DNA from: Treponema sp.
GTDB taxonomy: Bacteria; Spirochaetota; Spirochaetia; Treponematales; Treponemataceae
Assembly (NCBI GenBank): GCA_024402595.1
Contig: JAKSTL010000002.1
Location: 15,964-79,963 of the forward strand
DNA length: 64,000 nucleotides
Direction: 5' to 3'
Each line of letters begins with the position of its first letter. Positions within the stretch are counted from its first letter, which is position 1. The position numbers and the translations under genes were made by a program. Under the pieces are notes generated by a model. That model had not been told where the DNA came from. It did no database searches and was given only the letters and a program-made list of their open reading frames with translations. Positions 29,587-40,700 of the stretch are shown here, in pieces.

Positions 29587-30351
29587 TTAGTTCAAGCCTT
29601 CCAGATATGCCTTTGTAAATATTCTGTCCGGAAGTGCATCAAAAGTTAAATCAGAAAGAACTTCCTGTGTATTTTCACCTTTGTTCAATTCATCCCGCAT
29701 AATCATCTGGGTTGGAACATAGCCAGCAGGAACCTTTGTATATTTTGGAATTAAAATTGTTCGCATAAGACGGTCAGAACCAGAAAAATCTTCTTCTTTT
29801 AATGTTAGAGGAATATCCTGACGAATGTAATATTTTGTTTTTGCATAAGCGGGCTCATTATTTTTTGCCGCCAAAGTAATAATGTTTACAGGATATTTTC
29901 CCAATACGCCTTCTTCAAAAGCCGCAACTGTATAATTATCGCGCCAATGAGTTTTACTGCGGTTTACATCATCAACTTTAACATCAGAATCTCCCAAAGC
30001 TTCTTTTATTGAAGTATGAGTAAACTTTCTACTGATTGGATCATAAGCCCAGATATTATCGCCATCTCGCAAATATCCATTTCCTTTATCAGCTTCTGGG
30101 AACAGTTGAACAATTGTCATCAAATCCTTGTCTGTTCGTTCAAAGATTTTATATTGAACATTTTCCTTTGGTTTGTTTGGTTTTTCAATTACTAAAGAAA
30201 TAGTTGCAGAATAATCTCCATGATAAGCAAGAACATCATCTGTAGATTCCATTATTTTATAAACCTTTTCGGCAGTTGCATCATCAACCTGAGCGAACAA
30301 AGTGCCAAAACTAAAAAGCATTACCGTTAACAATAAAAATTTTTTTTTCAT
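29587..30351 (-). CDS. LolA-like (outer membrane lipoprotein-sorting family) periplasmic protein
   Basis: Signal peptide, PEADKGNGYLRDGDNIWAYDP, GDSD, C-terminal LPDRIFTKAYL. Confidence 0.85.
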   Translation of the reverse strand: MKKKFLLLTVMLFSFGTLFAQVDDATAEKVYKIMESTDDVLAYHGDYSATISLVIEKPNKPKENVQYKIFERTDKDLMTIVQLFPEADKGNGYLRDGDNIWAYDPISRKFTHTSIKEALGDSDVKVDDVNRSKTHWRDNYTVAAFEEGVLGKYPVNIITLAAKNNEPAYAKTKYYIRQDIPLTLKEEDFSGSDRLMRTILIPKYTKVPAGYVPTQMIMRDELNKGENTQEVLSDLTFDALPDRIFTKAYLEGLN

Positions 30352-30387
30352 AAAAACTCCATTTAGAAAATATTGATGATTTTCCCC

Positions 30388-31728
30388 TTATTTTACAGTT
30401 CTCAATGCTTCTGCAGGATTCATACGGGAAGCTTTTTTTGCACTTCCTCTAACCGCCAAAGAAGTAAGAACTATTAAAAGAAGGTACTGCATAATAACAG
30501 TTCCAATTGAGAATGTAAAAGAAAAATGTCCTTTATTCAAAAAGAATGTTAAAGCCTCATTACGAATTGGAATAAAATGGACAATGGTCATAACCACCAC
30601 CGCCATTACAACTCCAAGACAGGCTCCTAAAACACACAAAATAATTGCTTCTGTGGTAAATACCTTTCCTGTGGTTTTTCCATCCATTCCTAAAGCCCGC
30701 ATAGTTCCAATTTCTCTAATTCGCTCGTATAAAACCATTCTATAAGTATTAGAAACACCAACCATTACAATCAAAAGAATTACAAGAAGAATAACTGTTG
30801 CAACCGTATGAACAACACTCATAACAGTTTTTAAGGCAGGAATTGCATCGTTTAAAGTTTCAATGCCATATTTTGTTCCTTCCCACATTAAATCGTCTCC
30901 AACAAACTGCTTATCAATTCCTTTATCAATATTTGTAGGATAATTTTTTACGGCTTCTGCTCTGGAAGAAACATTAACTCCATCTTCACGAATTAAGTTT
31001 TCAATCTGATTTGCTACCTTCAACTGATTCTTTTTATTATTAAGAATGATTGAAAAGGTTGTGTATCCGCCTTCTGGAATCTCAACCAGTTTATTAAGAG
31101 TTTCAATGTTTACAAAAACCTGTGTTGTGTCTACAAGTGTATTTCCTTTTATGATAGCGGCAATTGTAAAGTCACCAACTGTATTCTGTCCATAAATGGT
31201 ACTTGTGGTTACAATTACCTGATCTCCAACCAGTAAATCCAGATTGCTGGCAATTTTTTCGTTAATTACCATGGCCTGTGGATTCTTAAGATTGTCTAAG
31301 GAACCTTCAACCAGCTGGAAAGAGTTTAAAAGTTCTGGTTCTGTAAAATCTCGTCCCTGAAGTCTTGTTATAAACTTTTTCCCATTAAAAATCATCTGCC
31401 CCATAGACTGTGTAAAACGGGAAAAATATTTGTAGTCAATGTTATTAGTTTCCACAAGATTTCTTATATATTCTTTATCTCGCACAATATTGATTAACAA
31501 AGGCTTTCCATTTTCATCCGCAGCAGGTTGTTTTTCATATCCTGCAATTAAGACTGTACCGCCTGCAACCTGGGTAATCATATCTTCCAGATTATTTATC
31601 ATTCCAGAAGTGAGCCCGTCTATAAAAGTTACAACAAAAAAACCAAAGGCAATGGCAATAGCGAGAATTGCATTTCTTCTTTTCTGTCGTGTTAAATTTC
31701 GTAGTGAAAGCTTAAAAGTTGTATTCAT
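30388..31728 (-). CDS. ABC transporter permease, MacB/FtsX/LolE family
   Basis: SLRNLTRQKRR, ERIREIGTMRALG, RMNPAEALR. Confidence 0.92.
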   Translation of the reverse strand: MNTTFKLSLRNLTRQKRRNAILAIAIAFGFFVVTFIDGLTSGMINNLEDMITQVAGGTVLIAGYEKQPAADENGKPLLINIVRDKEYIRNLVETNNIDYKYFSRFTQSMGQMIFNGKKFITRLQGRDFTEPELLNSFQLVEGSLDNLKNPQAMVINEKIASNLDLLVGDQVIVTTSTIYGQNTVGDFTIAAIIKGNTLVDTTQVFVNIETLNKLVEIPEGGYTTFSIILNNKKNQLKVANQIENLIREDGVNVSSRAEAVKNYPTNIDKGIDKQFVGDDLMWEGTKYGIETLNDAIPALKTVMSVVHTVATVILLVILLIVMVGVSNTYRMVLYERIREIGTMRALGMDGKTTGKVFTTEAIILCVLGACLGVVMAVVVMTIVHFIPIRNEALTFFLNKGHFSFTFSIGTVIMQYLLLIVLTSLAVRGSAKKASRMNPAEALRTVK

Positions 31729-31748
31729 ATTCTTTAGCCTCCTGCAAA

Positions 31749-33305
31749 TTATTCTGAACCCTTTGATAAGGCTTTTAACGGTGTAATCTTTAATGCAGAA
31801 CTAACAGGATAAAGATTACTAACAATACTTCCAGCCAAAGCTATAATAATTGTCAACACTATGATTTTTACAGTTGGTGTAAATTGAAGCAAACCTCCAC
31901 CTAAAATCATTTTGGCAATGCTGTTTGTAATTGTAATGTTACATCTGTTAAAAATTGCCATAATAATAAAGGCAAGAATTATTCCTATGACAGAAGAAAC
32001 CAAGGTAAGGAAAACACTTTCGGTAAAGAAAAGTCTTCTTACAAACTTCTTTTCTGCACCAATGGCTCTCATTGTTCCAATTTCACCTGTTCGTTCAATT
32101 ACAGAAACGGTCATTGTGTTCATAATGATAATGAAAACAACTACTGCCAGAATGATAATCAGAATATTAAATACAATTCCAATGCCTTCTACAGTTCCTG
32201 AATATGAAAAAGCGGCGTCTTTCCAGCCTATAACCTGAACATTCAGATTTTCTTCTTCACAGCGGGCTTTTATCTGCTTAATTATTTTTTCAGTTTGAGA
32301 TGGATGTGAACATTTTGCAAGAATAAAATGCCAGGCGCCATCATCAGTTTTATTCAATTCATCGCGGAGTGTTGTATCTCCTAAAATTGAATCATAATCT
32401 GCTGTGCTTGTAGCCAGGAAAGAATCATCTTCTTCAATATCATCAAAACCGTCAAAAACATCAAAATCATCATCAAAACTGCCAAACAAATCATCTTCGC
32501 TCATAGAAGAAAGTTCTAGATTAACAGATTCCGGCAATTCCTGACTAAAACTTGAAGCATAAGTTAAATCTGCAAAAGAACGGGCCAAACCTGGATTACA
32601 ATAAATAATCTGGAACATAGCTGAGTTTTCATTTGTTGGTTTAAATACTCCAACCAGTTTTCCTTCCCGCACAATTCCATTAGTATTGGCACCAAGAATC
32701 AAAATATCATCTCCAATAGAAAGTGGCTCCTGATACAAAGATTCAAAGGCTCGTTTTACACGGGTATCAATCATAATTTCATTGGTGTTTGGGGCAGGAT
32801 ATCTTCCTTCTACAAAGTGAATCCCTTGAAAAGTATTCCAATAAGATTCTTCTTCACCTGCAAAAAGCATAGAAACCGGCATATCATCAAAGCCTAAATC
32901 ATCTCTGTCAATAAGCTTGGAAACATCCATTTCCAAACCTTTTGCCACCATTACCATTGCAGAAATCAATTTTGTCTGAGATTTTATGCCATCTGTTTCA
33001 TCTACAATTTTCTGAACCTTTTCCAAGTCCGGAATAGCAGGAATCTGAGGAATGCCGCCAGTGAAATTGGTTGTCTGAACACCAAAAATATCAATTTTAT
33101 CACCTTTATCTGGAGTAATTGAAATTGCAATATCGCCGGTGTAATTTGCTCTAAAATCTCTTTCCAATCCGCGATTTACAGATTCCAGAAAGGAATTACC
33201 TAAAATAACAATTGCAACTCCAAAAATCAAAAAACAGGCAATAATTATGGTTTTTGCTTTATGTTCTTTTAGGTTCCGCAAAGCAAGTCTAAATATTTCT
33301 TTCAT
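31749..33305 (-). CDS. ABC transporter permease, MacB/FtsX/LolC family, with an acidic periplasmic insertion
   Basis: ALRNLKEHK, ERTGEIGTMRAIG, KITPLKAL, and the insertion SEDDLFGSFDDDFD. Confidence 0.92.
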   Translation of the reverse strand: MKEIFRLALRNLKEHKAKTIIIACFLIFGVAIVILGNSFLESVNRGLERDFRANYTGDIAISITPDKGDKIDIFGVQTTNFTGGIPQIPAIPDLEKVQKIVDETDGIKSQTKLISAMVMVAKGLEMDVSKLIDRDDLGFDDMPVSMLFAGEEESYWNTFQGIHFVEGRYPAPNTNEIMIDTRVKRAFESLYQEPLSIGDDILILGANTNGIVREGKLVGVFKPTNENSAMFQIIYCNPGLARSFADLTYASSFSQELPESVNLELSSMSEDDLFGSFDDDFDVFDGFDDIEEDDSFLATSTADYDSILGDTTLRDELNKTDDGAWHFILAKCSHPSQTEKIIKQIKARCEEENLNVQVIGWKDAAFSYSGTVEGIGIVFNILIIILAVVVFIIIMNTMTVSVIERTGEIGTMRAIGAEKKFVRRLFFTESVFLTLVSSVIGIILAFIIMAIFNRCNITITNSIAKMILGGGLLQFTPTVKIIVLTIIIALAGSIVSNLYPVSSALKITPLKALSKGSE

Positions 33306-34165
33306 TAACGGCTCCCTACATTATAAACATCAGAACCTGTTTTATATTCGTCCTGAATTATCTGTCCATCAAGAATATGAACAACATGGTCACACATATC
33401 AACAATTCGGGAATCGTGGGTTGAAAAAATAAATGTTGTCTGTAAATCAGGATCCTTATTCAAAGATTTCATTAAAGAAAGGATTGCTTCTGAGTTTTTT
33501 GAGTCCAGGTTTGCAGTTGGTTCATCGGCAAGAATAACAGGGGCTTTTGTTACCAAGGCACGGGCAATGGCAACTCGCTGGCGCTGTCCACCAGAAAGTT
33601 CTGTGGCTTTATGATTTTTCCAGTCTGTTAAGCCAACTTTTTCCATAAGAAAAGAAATCCACTCTTCTTTCTGAGCCTTTGTAAATGAATCTACAGGGCT
33701 TTTTGAATCAGGATTTTTAGATTCCAACAAAAGTGGGAATTCAATGTTTTCGTAAACATTCAAAACAGGAATTAAGTTGAAAGTTTGAAAAATAAATCCT
33801 ATATGTGAGCGTCGCAAAGCTGTAACTCTTTTGTCTAGTTTTGGAGGAATGCTGTCCCTCACTTTCTTCTTTTTACCATTAGAATCTTCTCCGCCCGAAG
33901 AAGCCCATCTTGTATTTTTTACTTCTGCTTCTGCCAGATTAACGCCTTCATAAACATCAGTTCCACCAATAATTATGGAACCGGAACTTGGAAGGTCAAT
34001 AAGTCCTGTCATATTTAAAATTGTAGATTTTCCCGAACCAGATGGCCCAGAGATTGCAGCAAACTCTCCTTTTTCAATATCAAAAGAAACACCTTTTACT
34101 GCTTCAACTTTTTGTTTTCCCATCGGATATACCTTATGCACATCTTTGAGTGTAACTACTGCCAT
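33305..34165 (-). CDS. ABC transporter ATP-binding protein, LolD/MacB type
   Basis: GPSGSGKS, IGFIFQTFNL, LSGGQRQR, LADEPTANLD, STHD. Start at MAVV after GGAGG. Confidence 0.95.
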   Translation of the reverse strand: MAVVTLKDVHKVYPMGKQKVEAVKGVSFDIEKGEFAAISGPSGSGKSTILNMTGLIDLPSSGSIIIGGTDVYEGVNLAEAEVKNTRWASSGGEDSNGKKKKVRDSIPPKLDKRVTALRRSHIGFIFQTFNLIPVLNVYENIEFPLLLESKNPDSKSPVDSFTKAQKEEWISFLMEKVGLTDWKNHKATELSGGQRQRVAIARALVTKAPVILADEPTANLDSKNSEAILSLMKSLNKDPDLQTTFIFSTHDSRIVDMCDHVVHILDGQIIQDEYKTGSDVYNVGSR

Positions 34166-34393
34166 GGAAACCTCCAAAATATAAACAAATAATTCAATAA
34201 ATATAATAAAAAAATATTATAAACGGAAACTAAATTCCTTTTATTTTATAAAAACCGTTTGCGTGACCAAAGTTGTATATAGGGAGTTCATTGTAGACCC
34301 TATATTTATTTAACAATTAAATAGAAGAATCGTTTCATTGTTTCTCAAAAAAACTATTTTCAAAACTACATTTTCTTATTATTCTTTTTATTT

Positions 34394-34981
34394 ATGGAAC
34401 AGATTTCAGATATTAAAACTTATGCTAGAAAAGAAGCCATTCCAATTATGATGGACGAAACACAGCAATTCATTTGTAATTACATAAAAGAAAACAATGT
34501 ACAGTCCGTATTAGAAATAGGTTCCGCCATAGGTTATTCCGCAATACAATTTGCAAAAGCGGCCGAAAATGTTCATGTCACAACCATCGAAATTGATATT
34601 GACCGCTATATAAAAGCCGTTCAAAACATAAAAGACTCTGGCCTACAAGATAGAATAACCATTTTTCATGCCGACGCACTTACCGCCCAGATTGAAGGTC
34701 AATTCGATTTAATTTTTATAGACGCCGCAAAAGCCCAGTACATAAAGTTCTTCGAAAAGTACAAGGAAAATCTTTCGCCAAACGGAGTAATTCTAAGCGA
34801 CAACCTTTCTTTTCACGGAATGGTAGAAGATTTATCGCTAACCCACAATTACAGCACAAAAAAACTGGTTAAAAAAATCCGTAAATACATAGATTTTCTT
34901 AAATCCAATTCCCAATACACCACAGAGTTTTACCAATGCGGCGACGGCATTTCTGTTTCTAGAAAAAACAAAGAGTTGTAA
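34394..34981 (+). CDS. SAM-dependent O-methyltransferase (YrrM/TrmR-like)
   Basis: LEIGSAIGYS, FDLIFIDAAKAQY, SDN, GDG. Confidence 0.9.
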   Translation: MEQISDIKTYARKEAIPIMMDETQQFICNYIKENNVQSVLEIGSAIGYSAIQFAKAAENVHVTTIEIDIDRYIKAVQNIKDSGLQDRITIFHADALTAQIEGQFDLIFIDAAKAQYIKFFEKYKENLSPNGVILSDNLSFHGMVEDLSLTHNYSTKKLVKKIRKYIDFLKSNSQYTTEFYQCGDGISVSRKNKEL

Positions 34982-35047
34982 AATCCTGTCTTAACAAATA
35001 TTCGCAACACAGTTTTATAATAAAAGGCTATAACAAAGAGTTGTAAA
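34967..35047. repeat. 16-bp direct repeat AACAAAGAGTTGTAAA duplicating the 3' end of the methyltransferase gene
   Basis: Copies at 34967-34982 and 35032-35047. Confidence 0.8.
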
Positions 35048-35059
35048 CTTCTCTGCAAA

Positions 35060-36439
35060 TTAAAAATCGCCCACCAGATGTTTTATAACCATACACGCTG
35101 TAGCTCTAGACAGTTGCTGCCTAATTTTCTCAATCTGATGGTTACATCGTTCAATTTTTGCCGACAGCACATCCGTTTCCGACCCATACCCCGACTGAAA
35201 AATTGTTTCCTGCTGTTTGATTTTCGAATCCGCCGCCTCAATCTTCAAATCCTGGTATTCAATTTTCATTGAACAAACTTCCGCCGCATTCCATTGACTG
35301 TTCAAACTCTGCCTAATGGTAGAACGGGCTTCTATTTTATTCACCTCGCCAACCTTACTTTCCGACATTTTCCTAGAAACATCATTCAGTTTTTTTCCAC
35401 CATCCCAAACCGTAGTTTTTAAGCCAACAGAAAAATTTGCAGAATATGCATCTTTTCGCCGCCAGTTAGGTTCCACAAAAGGAATTCTCGAACCTCCATA
35501 CCCAGCAGACATTTGTAAAGCTACATCAGGTTTCCAGTTTACATAAGCCTTGGAAATTTTCTCCGCCAATGCATTAACTTCCTTAAGCTTAGTCAACATT
35601 ATTAAAGACAACTGATTCTCGCTCAAAGCTTTTTCTTCCGCCAAAGATTGTTCCATACCAAGAATTTCAAGCAGATCCGCTTCCGCAAAAGTATAATCAA
35701 TTTTTTCAAGAGCCAAATCTTCAACCCCAGTAGCCCGTTTCAATTCCAGCAATTGATTATTTATCTGTTCCGCCACATCCTGTTGTGCAATTTCCAGTTC
35801 CTTTGTCTGAATTCTCGCCTCAACCACATCCTGATGTAAAAGCATTCCCGACCGTTCCGCATTTTCACTGGTTTCCACAAGCTTAGAAGCATACTCTTTT
35901 TCTTCATCCAGAATCTTCAAAATTTCCTTCAAATAATTCAAAGCAATCAGCCGAGTTTCCATTTCCGTTTCAATTTGCCGCTGCTGGGACATCATCTGTG
36001 TTTCTTTTATTTCCGCCACCAAAGCATAAAGTTCAACCGCACTGTGTAATTTTCCCCAAGTAAAAATAGGCTGCATCACCGACAGTTGAAAGTTATACAA
36101 AGTATTTTCCATGCCATCATAAATCTTCACATGTTGCCCAGAAGAAAGAGGTTTTATCCCCGACGGCCACTGAATACTGTTCAAAAGTTCATCCACATTC
36201 AAATAAATGGCTTCCACCGGAGGTTTAAGCATATAAGTTCCGCTCACCTGCAAATCAACCGTAGGACCAAGCCCCGCCTTAGCATCCCGTAAATCCAGTT
36301 TTGCCTGCTCACATTCCTGCTCCAGCTTAAGTAAATCAGGGTTGTTTTCCAGCATAGCCCTTTTCAATTCATCAAAAGAGTAAGAGAATATCTTTTCACA
36401 TAAAAAAATTGCAAATATTAAAAATAAAAATCTTTTCAT
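35060..36439 (-). CDS. TolC family outer-membrane efflux protein
   Basis: AMLENNPDL, QPIFTWG, TTVWDGG and coiled-coil repeats. Last gene of an RND operon. Confidence 0.9.
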   Translation of the reverse strand: MKRFLFLIFAIFLCEKIFSYSFDELKRAMLENNPDLLKLEQECEQAKLDLRDAKAGLGPTVDLQVSGTYMLKPPVEAIYLNVDELLNSIQWPSGIKPLSSGQHVKIYDGMENTLYNFQLSVMQPIFTWGKLHSAVELYALVAEIKETQMMSQQRQIETEMETRLIALNYLKEILKILDEEKEYASKLVETSENAERSGMLLHQDVVEARIQTKELEIAQQDVAEQINNQLLELKRATGVEDLALEKIDYTFAEADLLEILGMEQSLAEEKALSENQLSLIMLTKLKEVNALAEKISKAYVNWKPDVALQMSAGYGGSRIPFVEPNWRRKDAYSANFSVGLKTTVWDGGKKLNDVSRKMSESKVGEVNKIEARSTIRQSLNSQWNAAEVCSMKIEYQDLKIEAADSKIKQQETIFQSGYGSETDVLSAKIERCNHQIEKIRQQLSRATACMVIKHLVGDF

Positions 36440-36450
36440 AGTTTATTAAG

Positions 36451-36511
36451 GAGGGCGCCTGCCCTACGCTCCAAAGTCCTCGCTGCGCTGCGGTCTTTTC
36501 CGCTACCCCTC
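36451..36511 (-). repeat. Structured GC-rich intergenic element, short divergent copy H
   Basis: Minus strand reads GAGGG..GC-GGA-AAAG...GCGCAGC...CTTT-GGA-GC..CCCTC, with the same GGA/GGA loop and a GNA mini-hairpin. Confidence 0.6.
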
Positions 36512-36528
36512 TAATTAGCCCGTCTTAC

Positions 36529-37713
36529 CTAATCCGTCAAAACAATTTCATATCCGCTGTTATCACTGCGAACCGTTACAAAGTCACTTAAAGAAGCCCC
36601 CGCTTTAATTTTTAGTGGCGACTTATTCAAACCGTTTCCCTTATAAAAATAAACATTTGTTTCAGCAAATCTGCCAGTATAATCTGAATCAAACCAATAG
36701 AAACCCGTTCCCAATCCAGAAAAATATCCGTCTTCAGTTTTATCTGTAGAAATCTGATGCTTTCCCGTTGTAACAGAACCACAATCCCATTTATCTTCCA
36801 GCATCATAGTTATTTCAATGCCATTAGTGTTTTCATAAATACCACTAAAAGCTGGCGTATAAAGTTTGGTCTTTTTCCCATACAAATTAAAAGTACATTC
36901 ATTACCTTCTACCTGTTTTGGCTCAAGTTCAGACAAATCTCCAATAAAAGAAAAATCACCTATTTTGTAATCATTTTTACAAGCCTTCCATTCTACTTCC
37001 TCATCAACTCTGTTCTGATAGTAGACGATGCTAATCTCTGGCGTATTTTCTGTTTTCTCTGCATCTTTATATCGAGGGTATCGAATAACTACACTGGCAT
37101 TTCCCACTGCATCTCCAGAATAAACTACAGATTCAGCCTTTTTATCTATGTCTGTCCCCTGAGGCACTGTTATTAAATAATGCACCATTTGATTAGTTCT
37201 AGAATCCGAAGCCACATCCACAAAGTTCAAATTAACCACAGTTCGTTTAATAATAGATTTAAGTTCCGTGTAAATACAGTCAGAAAAACTATCAGACATA
37301 ATCAAAGTTTCACCCTTTTTACAACCATAATCCGGATGATAAAAAATCAGATATATTTTTTCGTAATCAGCATCTTTCCCAAAACTAGACTTAAAGCTTT
37401 TTTCCTTCCATACCAGCTTACTTATAGACCAGCTTCCATCAGTAGCCGTAGTTGTATGCCCATAATATTCAGCCTTTGGTTTAAAGACTGTCCCCCAGGA
37501 AGCTTTCTTGTTTGCATCAAAATCAGCATTTCGCAAAGTTTCGTCCGTATATGCATAAACATCCACATTAGCAATGCCCGCCTTAGGATTAGAAATAGAT
37601 TCTTCATCTACCACCATTCCGCCCGTACCACCGCTAAAAACAGAATAACAAGCTGTAAATAAACCACAACTCAGTATAAAAGCAAACATTGAACCAAGAA
37701 CAATCTTTTTCAT
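36529..37713 (-). CDS. Hypothetical lipoprotein within the RND operon
   Basis: Signal peptide with lipobox LFTA-C, beta-rich mature region. Confidence 0.75.
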   Translation of the reverse strand: MKKIVLGSMFAFILSCGLFTACYSVFSGGTGGMVVDEESISNPKAGIANVDVYAYTDETLRNADFDANKKASWGTVFKPKAEYYGHTTTATDGSWSISKLVWKEKSFKSSFGKDADYEKIYLIFYHPDYGCKKGETLIMSDSFSDCIYTELKSIIKRTVVNLNFVDVASDSRTNQMVHYLITVPQGTDIDKKAESVVYSGDAVGNASVVIRYPRYKDAEKTENTPEISIVYYQNRVDEEVEWKACKNDYKIGDFSFIGDLSELEPKQVEGNECTFNLYGKKTKLYTPAFSGIYENTNGIEITMMLEDKWDCGSVTTGKHQISTDKTEDGYFSGLGTGFYWFDSDYTGRFAETNVYFYKGNGLNKSPLKIKAGASLSDFVTVRSDNSGYEIVLTD

Positions 37714-37731
37714 TATAAAACTCCTTCAAAA

Positions 37732-40700
37732 TTAAGCAGTAACTTCAGAATTTGCATTGTCAGGGGACGCACCTCTCAAAGCCGCCCGTTTTTCTGTCAT
37801 ATAATAAAGAACTGGAATTAAAACCAAAGTAATTAAAGTTGAAGTAATTAATCCACCAATAATTGCCTGCCCCATTGGAGCATAAATCTCTGCACCTTCC
37901 CCTTTTGCAATAGCCATAGGTATGTCCCCCAGCAAAGTTGTAAGCGTAGTAATCAAAATAGGTTTAATTCTACTGGCTGCACCATCTGCAACACAAGAAT
38001 ACAAAAGGTCACTTTCTTCTTTTCGGCTTAATTGAATATGCCACTCTCCATCTCTATCCTGAGTTCCCCGCTCTTTTGCCAGTTCCAGACGGCGCTGTGC
38101 TCTAAGCTGATTTATATAATCCACAAGAATAATTCCATTATTAACAACAATACCCGCAAGAGAAACAAGTCCCAGCAAAGAAAGAAGATTTAATGTTGAA
38201 CCAAAAAGCATTAAGCCAAGGACAACACCAATAAAACAGAATGGAATTGTCATCATAATTAAAAGTGGCTGCTTAAACCGTTCAAACTGTAAGGCCATAA
38301 CAATATATACAAGGAAAATTGCAATAATTATAGCCGTAAGCATTGGTTTAACCATATCTCCAATCAAGGCCATAATTCCGCCAGATTTAGAACTTACACC
38401 ATTTGGCAAAGGATTCTGCTGCAAATACTGATTCACTCTAGAACTTACACCGGAAGTATTTTCACTAATAAGCGTTGCAGAAACTGTAATTGTTTTTGCT
38501 CGGTCAGAATGATTTATTTGCGAAATAGATTTTTCAACCTTTATGTCAGACAAGTTGGCAAAAGACACATTTCTTCCATTGCTAGTTACAATATGAACAT
38601 TAGAAATTGTATCAGGAGAAATATTTCCATCCACAATATCAGAAGAAAGATGAATATTATATCTTTCCCCAGTATCTGCATCTTTATAGCGCCCCGCATC
38701 AATTCCCTGGAACAAAATTGCAGAAGTAATTCCCGCTTCATAACTTGTAATTCCCAGAGAACTCAAATATTCCTGACTCATATCAATAATCATAGTGCTG
38801 GTATCAAAATCTGTATCAAGACGAGCGGTAACAACATCAGGATCATCTGCTAAAAAGTCTCGTAAATCACTGGCAGTTTTGTACAAAGTATCCATATCTT
38901 CAGAAATAAGGGTCAATCCATAACCACCACCGCCAGAAACATAACTAACAAGCTTATCAAAACCACCATTAGCCACAGTTATTTTGCTATCCGGCACAAC
39001 TGCGGCCCATATTTCCTGCATCTGAAACATTATTTCGTGAACATTTCTTTTTCGCTCAGCCACTGGTACTAAAACTACATGAGCATAAGCACTTTCTGGA
39101 ACAGCCTGAGAACTTATACCTTTTGTATTACTTCGACCAACATAAAAAACTACATTGTCAATTTCCGGCACATATTTATACAAAAGTTTTTCCGCTACCT
39201 GCATTTTTTTGTTGGTTTCTTCAAGAGTAGTTCCAATTGGTAAGTCCATGGCAATATACCAGTCTCCAGAATCAGTTGATGGAATAAAGGCCACACCAAG
39301 ACGCAAAGCAATAAAACCAGAAAAGAACAACAGAAAAACAGCCGTAAAAACAACCAGAATCTTGTTATCCAATGCCACTTCCAAAAATCTTCTGTAGCCC
39401 GCTTCAATTTTATCCATTACTAAATCAAAAACACGAGGCTTTTGTCTAAGAGTTGGCCCCTCTTCTTTTAACAGCAGCTTAAGCAAAAATGGAACAATCA
39501 CTACCGCAACAAGAAAAGAAGCAAAAATTGCCATAATAATTGTAATGGCCACCGCATGAAGTATTTTTCCAATCAAACCAGAAAGCAAGGCAATTGGAAC
39601 ATAACAAACAATTGTAGTAGCCGCACTGGCAAGAATAGATGCAGAAACTTCATCCCAGCCTTTATATATAGACTGATTCACCGTATAAACCAATTCACCG
39701 TTAGTTTTTCGCTCTTTGTAATATCTATAAATCTGGTCCAGCATAACCGAAGAACCGTCTACAACCATACCCAAAGAAATAACCAGTCCCGAAAGACTCA
39801 TCAGATTCAAGGAGATTCCAAAAAGTTTAAGACCAATTAAGCTAAACAGAATACACAAAGGAATAGAAAGAGAAATTGTAAGAGTTGCCCGCCAATCCGC
39901 AAGAAAAAGGAAAATAACAAGCACCGCAAAAATAACGCCCATTATTCCAGACATAATAACGGTTTTCAAAGAAGCCCTAACCTGGCGACTATCATCAGAG
40001 ATAATATGAAATTTAACTGCTCCATAAGTTTCTTTTTCAATTTGGGAAAGGGTCTTTTTTACTTTTGAACAGATTTTTACAGTATCACCATCATTTCTTT
40101 TTGTAATGCTTACAATGGTTATTGGATTTGTTCCATCTGTAACATAAACTTTTTCTTCCGGATAACAAAGAGAAACAGTTGCCACATCCCCTAAATGAAT
40201 AATGTTTTTTCCATCAGCAACGCCCACCGGTAATTGTTCAATATCTTCAATAGAATTAAATCCACCAGAATATCTAACCTGAATCTGTCGATTTTCATAA
40301 GCCGCATTTCCAAGAGGCAGCGTAACATTACCGTAATTCAATACCTGATAAATTGTAGAAACCGAAATCCCTTTTGATGTTAATTCATCTACATTTAGCT
40401 TTATGTCAACTTCCAGCTCTTTTTCGCCTTCAATCTGAACTTCAGAAACACCGTCTATTTGTGTAAGCCTTGGAGTTAATTCGTTTTTAATAAACTTTGT
40501 AACTCGTCCTGCATCCTGTCCCGCTTCAATTGAAAAAGCAATAACTGGTATCATAGACATACCGCCTACAATTGCAGTTGGCATTCCTTGTATTCCTTCT
40601 GGCAAATCATCAACTAGCTGGCTAACTCTGTTTCTAAGTTCTACCAATTGGTCATAAGCGTCGTATCCATCGGCGTAAGTTACAGTAATCCAGCTTAAAG

